Shown: positions 1 through 11,636 of the stretch, piece after piece
How positions within the stretch are numbered: position 1 is the first letter of the stretch
Layout of the letters: each line of letters begins with the position of its first letter
Assembly: GCA_964106645.2 (NCBI GenBank)
Contig: OZ067040.1
Source: Podarcis pityusensis
Lineage: Eukaryota
Length of the DNA stretch: 64,000 nt
Reading direction: 5' to 3' (one strand)
The notes under the pieces: model-generated
The model's input: the letters and a program-made list of their open reading frames with translations, nothing else
The model's database searches: none
What the model was told of the DNA's origin: nothing
Position numbers and translations under genes: made by a program

Positions 1-483
1 CATAATTCTCCGTGGCGGTGGCCTCCTTCAAGGCTGAAGCAAGGGTAACCTCTTCTTTAGCCACGATGTGTCTTCTGGCCTTCTTGCTGCTCAGACCACC
101 GATAAACCGATCCAGGAGAGTCTCTTCCAGATTTTGGAAGTCGCAGTGCTGAGCGAGCTTCCGCAGTTCAGCCAGAAATGCAGATACAGACTCCCCAGCA
201 TGCTGCTGCCTCGCCGAGCCATCTTGGTCTCAGTAGGCGCCAAGTGGCTTGTTAGGCAGGCAAGAATATCTTTGAGAGATGTCTCACTTAGCTTCGCTGG
301 AGCAAGCAATGCCTTGGCCAGCTTGAAGGTCTCCGGCCCACAGTAGCTCAGGAATGTGGCCCTTCTTTTGCTGGCATCGGTGATCCCTTGAGCCTCTGCG
401 AAGAACTCGAAGCGCTCGACGTAGTCTTCCCACGTGTCGGGCTCTGATGGCTGGAAGGGCTCCAATACCCTTGGACTCTCCAT
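1..483 (-). pseudogene. Frameshifted Gypsy gag
   Basis: One frame gives MESPRVLEPF...APTETKMARR. After ~211 the gag homology continues in another frame (RQQHAGESVSAFLAELRKLAQHCDFQNLEETLLDRFIGGL...KEATATENY). Confidence 0.8.
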
Positions 484-588
484 TGTCCTGTGGCAGGGTC
501 GTCTTCTCAGCTGGCCAGTGAGTCTTGTTCTTAGCTGCAATCCGGACTCTGAGGCAGGGCTGCGTTTAACCGCTCCTCAGCATTCCGG

Positions 589-606
589 ATCCCACCTTCG
601 TCGCCA
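589..606 (-). other. Primer-binding site, tRNA-Ser(GCT) type
   Basis: Minus strand reads TGGCGACGAAGGTGGGAT, complementary to a tRNA 3' end ...ATCCCACCTTCGTCG-CCA (vertebrate tRNA-Ser GCT 3' end, recalled from memory). Confidence 0.75.
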
Positions 607-608
607 GT

Positions 609-956
609 TGTTGTGACGTGGGGTTTGTGATTTCAGCTCTCCTGATATAACATGCTGGAGACAGTCTCTAGTAACACTTCTTTATTAAAGCAACAAGACT
701 CAAGACTGGGGAGAGGAAAGCTACATTTATAGGGACAGGGAACTAGCAAGAAAGGATACATTTTGGAGGGAACAATATCACGCAGTCACAGTCCTGCCTT
801 TTGGAGGGAACCAATAAGACAGAGGATCCAAATACAGCAGCTTAAATGAACCAATAGTAGCTGTACCCTCTGGAACCAAAAGGCAGTTACTTTACCCTAA
901 TGCAAATACAGACAATAATAATACAGATATAAAATCCTTTGACTCAATACACAACA
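609..956 (-). repeat. 5' LTR of the Gypsy element
   Basis: 7-bp terminal inverted repeats TGTTGTG/CACAACA. Minus-strand TATAAA (~725-730) lies upstream of minus-strand AATAAA (~681-686). 2-bp spacer to the PBS. Confidence 0.85.
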
Positions 957-3721
957 CTTCCTTCCCCCAGTGTATACAAAATTGGGAGGCTGAAGCATGG
1001 ACACAGCCTATGCCTCACTTACTTCTGAGTAAATACGCAGAGGGTCACGCTGTCACCCTTCCTTTGCAGTATCCTTGAGGCCCATGCAACATTAGTGGCT
1101 TAAAGTACAATGAGGCCATTCGCTCCAGCTTCTTTTCAAGTCACATTTACACATTGCTATACACACCAGAGAAGGGGTAGGGATATCTTCAGCCAATGCA
1201 CGTTACCTATTTGGTTTCCCTGCACCTAAACTCATAGTCATGAAGCTGCCATCTGTGCATGTGCTGTCATCCACACTGACTGTCTCAAGTGCATGTGGCT
1301 TATGTTTTCCTTTCAGCTGGAAGCTGGTTTGGGAGGAAATGCACCACACAGCAGCATTTCTCAAGAAACAACAGCATAGATATGGACTGTGGCTAGCGTC
1401 ATGTGCACACAGCTTCGGACTCCAGCAGTGGGATTGCACCGGAGCCAGAATAAACAGTAATGCGTACACAGCCTTAGCCTTTCCTCTTATGTTTTCTGCA
1501 TCAATGTCAGAACGCTTTATATGTCCACCATTTCATGTGCAGGAAGAGTTCAAATGAGTTCGCCAACTCCTCTTTTCATTTGTTAAACAGGAGGGCTGCT
1601 GCTTCAAACGTATCATTTTTCTAAAAATAAATTTTGCCCTCAGCTAACTCCACTATGAGCAGCATTAGCTGTGTGTGTTTGGATAGCGGAGAGGGCACTC
1701 ATAATAATAGTGAGGGATCTTTCAGCTCGTGACATGGATGTCATGACTGGACCAGGGCTGCACCTTAAGTGATAATTGTAAATGGCAGTGACTACAGAAA
1801 AAAAGGAAATAAAAAGAAATGACCTTGGTGGCGTTCTTGCTTTTGTTTTGCTTTGTTTTCTTCCAGCAAGAGTGATAATGCAGCATGCCTCACTTCTTCT
1901 TTAAATGGAGCGTTGTAGCCTAAAATACATTCTCTGCCATATGAATATGCAATGTAAATGTTTTAAGCAGTTGTTGAGCGTTGGCACAGAGCTGGTCACT
2001 GGGAAAAGACCAGCTTGAAGTGAAGGGGGTTGGAAAACATGGCAAGTGCATCAGGAATTATACAACAGGAGGGGAAAGTGTCCACTGATTTTGTTTGGGG
2101 TCCTGGGAGCATCAGAAATGAGCACACTTTCTTTTCCTTCAGCCATGCCATTTAGAGGAACAACTACTTTGGCTTTGAGTTCATGACCCTCCCGAACCAA
2201 CAAACAGACTGATGAGCAGATGGCTATGCTAAAAGGCACCCTACTTTCTGCATGGGCTGAGCTCACCGCTGGGATAACTCAGGCAGATTGGGGAGAAGGC
2301 TCAAAAGGTTGTTCTGCAGATGCTTCCAAGGGCTGCGCCTTTCCCTGTTCTTTCAGTATGCAAAGTGGCTTTTGTAAAGCTCTCTCTCTTTCTCTCTCAC
2401 TTCCCATAATTCAGTTCCAGAGCTGTCCCTGCTGTTAGGCAGAGTGAGACCGCTGTCCCAGGTGCTGGCAGGGTGGGGGCAGGACCAACTGCTGTTCCTC
2501 ATGAGTTGTTTCCTGTCTGTTTCCCTCTGCTGGAGAACAGGTTTGTGTGTGGTCATGCAGCCTACCCAGTCCACCTTAAAAAAGCCTGGAGCCCTCAAAT
2601 GTTGAAAATAATAGTCCGATCAAATTTTGGGATCACCTAGCTTTAGGCAAAAACAAACTAAGGGAAAGGTTATCTGAAGTAAAAAATGGGGCTGATGTGA
2701 GGCGGTTGTGACCATTTAAATTATCTCAGCAGCATATTTTTTTTCAAAGGGCCATCAAAAAATCTAGGTATCTGGAAGGAAATTTGACAACTTGAGGAAA
2801 ATTTGACATTCTTTCCCTTTCATAGTGTTTTTCTCAAACTGCATTTACAGATCAAAATTCATGCCATGTTGGATGGCATATGCAGACAGGCTCCTGTCAC
2901 CCAACAGATTTGTGTCTGCAATTTGAATTGGAAGGGAAATGTCATTATGTACTGAAATGTCTGCTATACGATGGGCCAAGAGAAAAAAATGCTTGAGAAA
3001 GATTTTGTCTAGGTTAACAACTTATTCTGATAGAGAAATCCTCTGTTTTTTATCAGAAGATTTTCATCCTTTTGTAGCCGATTAAATAGTACTGTATGCT
3101 TCAGTTACAAGGAAACTCCAAGTGAACAAAATGGAAAGAACCAGGGCATGTAGGGGACTCCTCAGCAGATAACAGATCTTTTTAATTTGGTTTAAATGGA
3201 GACTATATTGGGCTGGTTAAAATAACAATAGTTATATATGCAATGTAAATGTTTTAAGCAGTTGTTGATGCTCTATAGTCATTTATGTAATGTAAATTTT
3301 ATCTTGATTTTTTTATCTGGAAGTTGTCAAGGCCAAGGGCTACTGCAGCAAAGTTGAATGCAGACAACAGCTGGTTTTGCAAGTGGAAAAGAGAGGCACT
3401 TTTCTATGTCTGGGGCAACGAAATGTTGGACTGCTAGGTGTTTAGCTAAATGAAGTGGTAGAATCCTGAAGTGGTAGAATGAATCATATCACTTCAGGAA
3501 GATCAGGCTGCAGGTGCCATTCTGTCAAAAGTAAAGTAAGTTTAATGGCTGCCATTGGGGTGTGGCATAACACAAAATGGCTGCCATGACGGCATGTCAG
3601 AAAGGCTGAGCCAGTGTAAACAGAAGTTGAGCAAGAAAACCAAACAGTCTCTCATGAATTGTGGTTTTTTGAGGGGATATTTGGTGAGTCCTTTTGCAGG
3701 TGCCATAGGAGGCACTAGACG

Positions 3722-3859
3722 CAGCGGTTCTCAACTTGTGGGTCCCCAGATGTTGTTGAACTACAACTCCCATCATCCCTAAGCTCTGGCCTTGCTAGCT
3801 AGGGGTGATGGGAGTTGTAGTTCAACAACATCTGGGGACCCACAGGTTGAGAAAGGCTG
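3722..3859. mobile_element. Palindromic hAT-type MITE
   Basis: CAG...CTG ends. Long inverted arms (TGTGGGTCCCCAGATGTTGTTGAACTACAACTCCCATCA and its complement). Imperfect TSD CACTAGA(C)G / CACTAGAG. Confidence 0.8.
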
Positions 3860-6220
3860 CACTAGAGGGAACAAGAGCACCCATGGGCACTGTGTTGACA
3901 ACCCATGAAGACATTTTACAAACATATATGCATACATATATTCACCTGAGACTTTTATTTTCATCTGCAGCTTCAGACTGCAATATCCTTTTTGATAGAA
4001 AGATTTGTTTTTAACAGCTGTGTGACATAAATCAAATAGGTGCAGATTTTTCTGGCATGAAAATGTCATGATGGGAAATTTGCACTGTTGCTATGCATTT
4101 CATGAAACTGTTGAAGGTGTTGTGTGTCAATCAGGAAATAAATACACCCATGATACATCTGGTGTAAGAAATCTGATGGAACAGAAGTGTACTAAACAGC
4201 AGTGTTAAAACTTAGAATAAAAACAGTGGCAATCAACACAACCACAGTTGGTGGCACAAAGGAGTGAAAAAAAGATGTTACTGAGAGTTGCTCCTTAGCT
4301 CGGCAACTCCCTTTTTAGGGGTCCATCAAAATTTATATGCAGATCCTTAAAATGAATCACAATGCTAACTTTTCAGCAGGCATTAATGGCTAGAAATAGG
4401 AATGTGGTCTTAATGTAAGTAGTTTTAGTGTATATTGCCTGTCCTGAGCCTTAAAAAAGGGATCTTCTGGTACAGAAATCAGTGGTTGGCTTACTTTTTG
4501 AGTTTCATTGAGGTAGAGATCACAAGGCTTAGAGACATGTATTATTTGTAGACCATTTGAGCTAGGCATGAACTCACCTGAACCTTACTGCATTTCCTAA
4601 AATGGAACTGCACATTCAGAATCTACATGTTTGCTAAGAGCAGAATGTCTATTAATTTGCTCATTTGGCAAAGCTGTAAGTATAGGACCACAGGAACAGC
4701 TGACACATAATCTTCCTGAAAATATGCAAATGCATACTTTGTATCAAGCGGGGAAGCAAGCTGAAAGCCTGAAGCCTAGGTTAAACCACATTCTGGTTCT
4801 CCATGAACCCTTTTCAGGTGTCGACCTAAAGATGTGTCAATGGAGGAGTAGGACTGTACATCCTAGCCCTGCCTCCAGTATCTCTTCCCCTGCCAGGTGT
4901 AGCCTCAGAACTTTGCCCATTGGGTAGAAGGACTGAACATTCTTTGCATGTTCTACTGAATGCATTTAGAAGACTCCCCGTGACTGGGAATGCCAACCAG
5001 ACTTAGATTCCTTCATATTTTCATACTCAATTGCAGAGAGCTTGGGAATGGAACTGGTAGGGCTGGTGGATAGTGTGGGGTATGTGAGTCTGTGTATAAA
5101 CTAGCCTCTTTACAAAGGTAAACATTTGCATTGGTTGTTCCACCCACTTTTGCTTCTGGCCCCACCCACCAATGTCAGGTGGTTCATTAAGGAATGTGGT
5201 CTTAAGGCTGAAGAGGGTACTCCACCTCTGTTCTACAGAATATTGTAACATTGATGATTGTGCACAAATGCTTATTATAAAATAAACATCCAAATTAGTT
5301 GTTATTATCTGTGAGAATTAATAGGCACATCCCTCTGAATTATTCCTGGATCATAAAATCCCTTTTAAATTGATGGGACTTTAAAATAGACAACTGTGTC
5401 TGATTGCAAACAAAGTAGCAGGTCCCTACAAGGATCAAATTCATTCGCACCAGGAATATTGTGTAAGGAACATTTTAATAGATTCATGTGCTCCCATTCC
5501 TAGATAATTATCTTCCAAAGTGAGTGACACAAAGAATGATTACTTTCTTTTCACCCTAAACCATAATGACCATGTATGCCAGCCCATGCCCAAAGCACCA
5601 GATAATTGGGAAATTAAATACAATTAGCAAACATACTTGAAAGAAAGAAATGCAGTGTGGAAATTGAAATGAACTTGAGGCTAGGATTAAAGGTGACCTA
5701 GAGAAATCTATTGCTCTTGTACAATTTCTCTCCCCCCCCCCCCCCCATGATTTATTCTCACTGTTGGCCCATTATCCCAGCTAAAGTATTTTGGCAGGGC
5801 TACATCCAAGCCGAACAAACAAAATGGCAGCAAAGGATTTTCTTTTCTGTGTCTATAATATTAGTGTGTCTCTAATGTCACCATAACTTTTTACTAGCAA
5901 AGCACATCATAACTTTAAAAGTAAGAGACTAGATTCACTATTTTTAAAGTTCTGAAGTATGTAGCTTGCATACAACCTGCATTCTCACATGCAACTCTGA
6001 TATTCCCTTTAGGATCTTTTTCACACTGAGGCTTGAATGCACTCCAAAGTATGGCACCCCTGGGGTTAACAATGACAAGAAAGATAGAGTGTTTTTCTGT
6101 ATATAAAAAGAAGTATTAGTTTATTAATTAAAGATGCTGAAACAAAGACAACTGGCACACCAACATGTGACTTCAGAGATTCTCATAAATAAGCCTAGTC
6201 ACTTATTACCCAAAGATGTA

Positions 6221-6432
6221 CAGTGGTACCTCGGGTTAAGAACTTAATTCGTTCTGGAGGTCCGTTCTTAACCTGAAACTGTTCTTAACCAGCTAATGGG
6301 GCCTCCCGCTGCTGCCACACCACCGCCGCACAATTTTTGTTCTTATCCTGAAGCAAAGTTCTTAACCCGAGGTACTATTTCTGGGTTAGCGGCGTCTGTA
6401 ACCTGAAGCATCTGTAACCCGAGGTACCACTG
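6221..6432 (+). mobile_element. Tc1/mariner (Tigger-like) MITE, copy 1
   Basis: TIR CAGTGGTACCTCGGGTTA at both ends, flanked by TA. Homologous to 11248-11489 and 54701-54925. Strand label is relative orientation only. Confidence 0.85.
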
Positions 6433-7732
6433 TAGCCAGAACAAACACATGACATAATCAGAAATCCTGCATTTCAAAAGCATTTTGTAGGCTGCACCCT
6501 TCCTTGCCAGATGTCAAATGCAATGGGTATATAGGGGGTGGAGAGCAGATGGATTTAGTGCAACGTATTGCTGGCCTATATACAGTATTGGGTGCTAAGT
6601 TGGCCATTCTAATGTAAAAAGGAGCAGTGAAAGAAAATGTTGGCACACAAAATAGACTTGGAGGAATCACTGCAATGGCACTCAGTTAAATAGTAACAGT
6701 AATGGAAGAGATCATATTAAGGCAATGGTATTAATATGATGGCATTTCCTTGTTGGTGGCAGTGAAGGTAGCAGACATCTAGCCCTCCACAGGTCATCCT
6801 TCCCCAAAATTTATAATATTGATAACACTACAGGTTGGGCAGATTGTCTCCTTCATCTTAAACAGTGACTCTTTTTAGAATGAGGTATGGAGAACAGCAT
6901 GCAGCACTTGTAAAAATCAGTCACTGCATTCAATGATTCTTGGGAATATCTCCACTACTGGTAGCATCCCTAGTGCAATGCATTGTGCATCGTGTCCTAG
7001 TGTAAGGGAGTGACAAAGTGATTACTCAAATTATTTAATCTTCTTTCCAGTTCTCTGGTGTGGTTATGTTTCTTTTAGGCTTTAGAGTATTGGGAAAAAT
7101 ATATTACCTTTGCCGAAGATAGCAGCTGATGAAAAGAACCCACAGGGTAATTATATATTTTAGCCTCTTGGTGACATGGGGCTTAGCTTTATTCTGAATA
7201 CAGTAAAGGCTATCCAGGCAATTGTTACATTCCTAAGAGGGACAACGGCGTTCTCATGTGGTTTCCTTATAGGTGTGCCCACTAAGCCTGTGAAAGGCTA
7301 TATCATAGAGACACCAGCCTTTTAGGGGTTTGTGGGCACATTTGGAATTTTGAGAGTATAATAGGCACCACCCTCTCCTTTTCTGACACACTCTTTCCCC
7401 CACTCCTTCCAACAGTGAGAAAGAGAGAAAGCACATGAGCACACATGCACACTCACATTCTTTGTTATTCCATGGCAGACAATCTACTAGAATTAAAATG
7501 CATCATCTTGAATCTGCATGATTTTATACAGGGTCAATCCTCCAAACACCATCACATTAAAGTTTACAGTGTTGGGAGGGCACAGTAGAACAATAGATGT
7601 GGTACTTGCCAGCACCACAGCAGATCTTCATGGATCTTCACATTTTTCACATAGGATGACAAAGAAAACAACAAATCACAGAACCCGTCACTGACCTATG
7701 CTCTGATATCGATCATTTTGAGGGGATCCCTT

Positions 7733-7733
<1 letters not shown>

Positions 7734-7770
<37 letters not shown>
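7734..7770. repeat. (AAT)n microsatellite
   Basis: About 12 perfect units. Confidence 0.95.
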
Positions 7771-10700
7771 TAGAGAATTCAGAGAATAGCAACATGTGCC
7801 AACATGTTTTTGCACTATAGCACTGTGGAAAGCACAAAATCAGTGATTGTTTGGGTTTAGCCAATGGAGACAGGTGTGATCTGTCATTTGATAGTGATGG
7901 TGGTAATGAAAAAGCTATGCAATTTGAAGCGGATCTGCTTTATCAGTTCTATCTTATGCTTATGTACTTTCTCTTTTTCTCTCTTTGGTGCTCTCTCCCT
8001 CTCTCCCCCTTGCTTCTCCCCTTTGGTCACCTCATTTCCTTCTCCCTAAGGCTCCTAGACTGCAGTCACTCCATCTCCTGCTCTGACTCTTGAATAGCAC
8101 AAAAAATTCTTAACTGCATCAATTATTTCTAAATTAACTTTGAATCTGTGCATAGAAGTTAGCATATGCATATACTGTGGTTGTCTTTGCCCTCTTTTGT
8201 CACCTGTTCTGTTGAATAATTTCTTCTTCCCTGGTGAGGCACAAGTGTCCTCTTACCTTGAGGGCTCCACTGTGGGAGACCTTGGAAGACCTGAGCCTTC
8301 CTGGCTTCATTGCAGTCGCAGATAACTAGAGAAGGGCAGGCACCTTTAAGGGGAGCATCATCTTGCAGCACATATGGTGCTGATAGTTAGGGTGTGTCTG
8401 GTGATTCTGCTGTGAAAGGGTTCTATCTCAGCTTCTTCCTTGCTGGAACAACTTCACAGCTCTGTATTTCCTCAAAGCCTTGACCTGTATCTAGTCTGAA
8501 CTCTGCCTTCTCTTGTGCCCAGCCTGAACTTCACCTTGATGTATACCCTGGCTGAGCAATAAAACACCACAAAGCAGGAAAATGAACCTCCTTCAGAATG
8601 GATCATCACACATAATAGGGGTTTTAACCATTCATCATTTCAGGCATATTGTAAACAAATATTGAAAGAATGCAGTGATTTAGAATGCAATAGAGTAGTC
8701 TGTGATTTATCCTCTTCTGTATTATTAAAAGGGTGGCAATTATTATTGCTGATGGTAATGAAACAAGGGAAATAAAGCATCAGAGTATACAGAAATCCAG
8801 GAACTGAACAAGAGACCTTTTGCCGAAGGTTCACACAGACCATCCCAGATGACCTTGTTCCTTGTTTCTTCCTCTATTTTAATATAGCATTTTACTTTGA
8901 AATAAAGCCAAAACTACATGTAAGGGGGGGGGGGAGAACTTTTGCATAACTGTACTACAAGATTGCTAAGTGAAAGAAAAATGGAAAAATCAGACTGTTG
9001 CATGTTGCGCGCCACTCAATTTCTGATCAGCGAAAGACTTCATGGGTTCCAGCACTTACCTTGGGTTTAGTTTCCTTGCAATGAAAACCATGGGAGACTG
9101 TGACATTTTTATGAGACAATGTTTTATTTACACCTCTATGCAAGCTGAGCATAAGATGGAAGGACTAACAGCATTAACACTCCAACAGATTTTGCTTCAA
9201 AGCCATAGTTTTGGATTCAGCACACAAAGCAAGCCAAGCCTCTCGGTCTCTTGTAAGGATCAGATGGAGTTAGTTTGTTCTCACAATCTAAATCTTGCCA
9301 TTCCTTTACTTACATCTGATATCCATAATAATTAAAATTGGTCATCACATACCTATGTAATTATTACTATTCCAATGCTTCAGAGAACCCCTTTGACTCA
9401 GTGTCATCCAAAAATATTTTGCCCAATGGATAAATCAGTGTTAATTTAAACACTGCAGATGTTAACCTAGTGATGCTAGTGATACAGGGGTTATTTAGAA
9501 AACCCTAAAATTTCTACTTGAATCTTTTCACCATTTCCCATGTCAGAATGAGCAACATTCAAGTTATGTATTGTCAGCAGACCACATCTGGCTTCAACAT
9601 TTATCCTAAAAAAAGTTCCCTAATTAGTCACTGGGGTTTTTTTGCTTCAGGACAGGTAAGTAATTGCAACACAATAACTTCTATCTTCCCGTTTTAATAA
9701 TAAATGAAGAAACCTGGATGAAAATTATAATTACATTAGCATTCCCATAAGTGATATTTCTCCACCTCAAACATTGAGAATGATTAAGGACTAGATCATA
9801 TTGTCAGGCTTCTCTTCTCAGTTACATTATTTGCATCCTGTCCTTAGCAGTAGTTTTGTTTCAGCCACGATCTACTCTTTGGGTTAGCATGGACACATTA
9901 CAATCTATCTTAAATGAAAAGCAAAGCATTTCTATATCTATCTATTTGTAAATCTGCCTACATGAAGCAAGTACATCAAATTGAAATGAGGGCAAAAATC
10001 ATCATTACAGTTTACCTGTTATATACAAAGCATATCATAACCTCATTAACACCTCTTGGCTACTTTGGAAGAGCAATGAATGACCAAATTCAAGTACAGA
10101 GAATTCTTCCAACATAGAAAGCTTTGCTAAGGTTGCTGACATTTTCCCCATACTTTACATAAATAAATGACTTTCAAGTCTAATATTTCCTAAATTTGCA
10201 TTGCAACAATTCACAAAAATTGTCCACCTCTCAACAAATTTTGTGTTGTAAAACACACCATTCCTCTTTAAAGGACAAGCGGGCGCTATTTCTTGAGTCC
10301 TATGGACCACACAGCCATGCCGCAGGGATAGCATCAGGAGAGAGGCCACATAATGAAGGGGTATCCATCTTAATGCCTTTTAAGAGTGTCTAGTGGTCCT
10401 GCAAAAAGGGCAGAGCACAGGAGAGTTGGACTGGAAACAGATGCCCAAAAGAACACAGTCCCCCTTCGTGCCTAACTAAGAGCTACCTGTGGCACTGAAC
10501 CACCAGCCTTCACTGCTGCCTTGTGGGCTCCTTGTTGGGTCCAAGGCAGCCCAGTTCCCCATTCCTCCCCACTTTGAGAAAATGCCTCCTCTCATCCATG
10601 CCAGCTCAGGACAAGATGAATAGACAGCTTTGCGTATTATTACAGAAGAAAGCTTCTAATGCCGTTTCCATCTCGCTGCCTAAATGTAGCACTCTAATCA

Positions 10701-10780
10701 GCTAATGGGGACAGGCGCACAATCATTTAATTATCATTAAGAATTAATATCTGCTCATAGATGTAGACTGTCAGTTCCCA

Positions 10781-11240
10781 TGCCTTTGTATAAATCTGTG
10801 GTGCAACAGCATCTGAAATACTCTGGACAGTTCTGGTTGGCCCATTTCAAAAAGTATGCTGCAGAGTTGTGTAGAAAAGAGCAAAGGAAATCTTGCCCAT
10901 GAGTATAGCTTAGAGTGCTCTGGCTTTGTGAGTTTAGAAAAATAAGGATTTACAGGGTGGGAGAGTGAAGGGGTTTGCACAATTATGCATGATGTATGAA
11001 GAAAGGAGAGGAAGAGCCTTTTTGTTTGGCTCTCATCTCATAATACTAAAGCCAATGAATTTGATGATCACTAGCTTTGGGACAAACTAAAGAAAGTGCA
11101 TCTGTACACAATCTAGAGATAACTTGTGGAATTCACTGCCACAAGATATACTGATGGGCACTACACAGCTTTAAAGGATGGGTTTAAAGAGGGATTAGAC
11201 AAATTATTGGAGGGGTTTGTCTGTCATCTGCTCTTAGCCG
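10781..11240 (+). mobile_element. Degenerate CR1 LINE 3' end
   Basis: Resembles the CR1 ORF2 C-terminal LYKSxVRPHLEYCVQFWxPH region (ttgtataaatctgtggtgcaacagcatctgaaatac...cagttctgg) and the squamate CR1 end (ggattagacaaatt...ggagg). Confidence 0.7.
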
Positions 11241-11247
11241 TAATATA

Positions 11248-11489
11248 CAGTGGTACCTCAGGTTACAAACATCTCGGGTTACAAACACTTCGGGCTACAG
11301 ACTCCGCTAACCCAGAAGTAGTACCTCGGGTTAAGAACTTTACCTCAGGATGAGAACAGAAATCGTGCGGCGGCGGCATGGCAGCAGCGGGAGACCCCAC
11401 TAGCCAAAGTGGCACCTCAGGTTAAAAACAGTTTCAGGTTAAAAACGGACCTCTGGAACAAATTAAGTTTGTAACCAGAGGTACCACTG
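11248..11489 (-). mobile_element. Tc1/mariner (Tigger-like) MITE, copy 2 (opposite orientation)
   Basis: TA-CAGTGGTACCTC...GAGGTACCACTG-TA. Interior is the reverse complement of copy 1. Confidence 0.85.
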
Positions 11490-11577
11490 TATATAAGAAG
11501 AACCTCTGTGAAGTGACTCTCCGGGTGATACAGAACTGCTATGATAGCTTCCCAGCAGATGAGTCATTGTTGCTAAC

Positions 11578-11579
<2 letters not shown>

Positions 11580-11632
<53 letters not shown>
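11580..11632. repeat. (AG)n microsatellite
   Basis: About 26 perfect units. Confidence 0.95.

Positions 11633-11636
<4 letters not shown>

Larger units (their letters stand above)
1..956 (-). mobile_element. Ty3/Gypsy LTR retrotransposon, 5' end (5' LTR, PBS, gag start); continues beyond the left window edge
   Basis: LTR 609-956 bounded by TGTTGTG...CACAACA. PBS next to the LTR. Gag-like translation (WEDYVERFEFFAEAQGI...FLSYCGPETFKLAKALLAP; QQHAGESVSAFLAELRKLAQHCDF). Confidence 0.9.
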
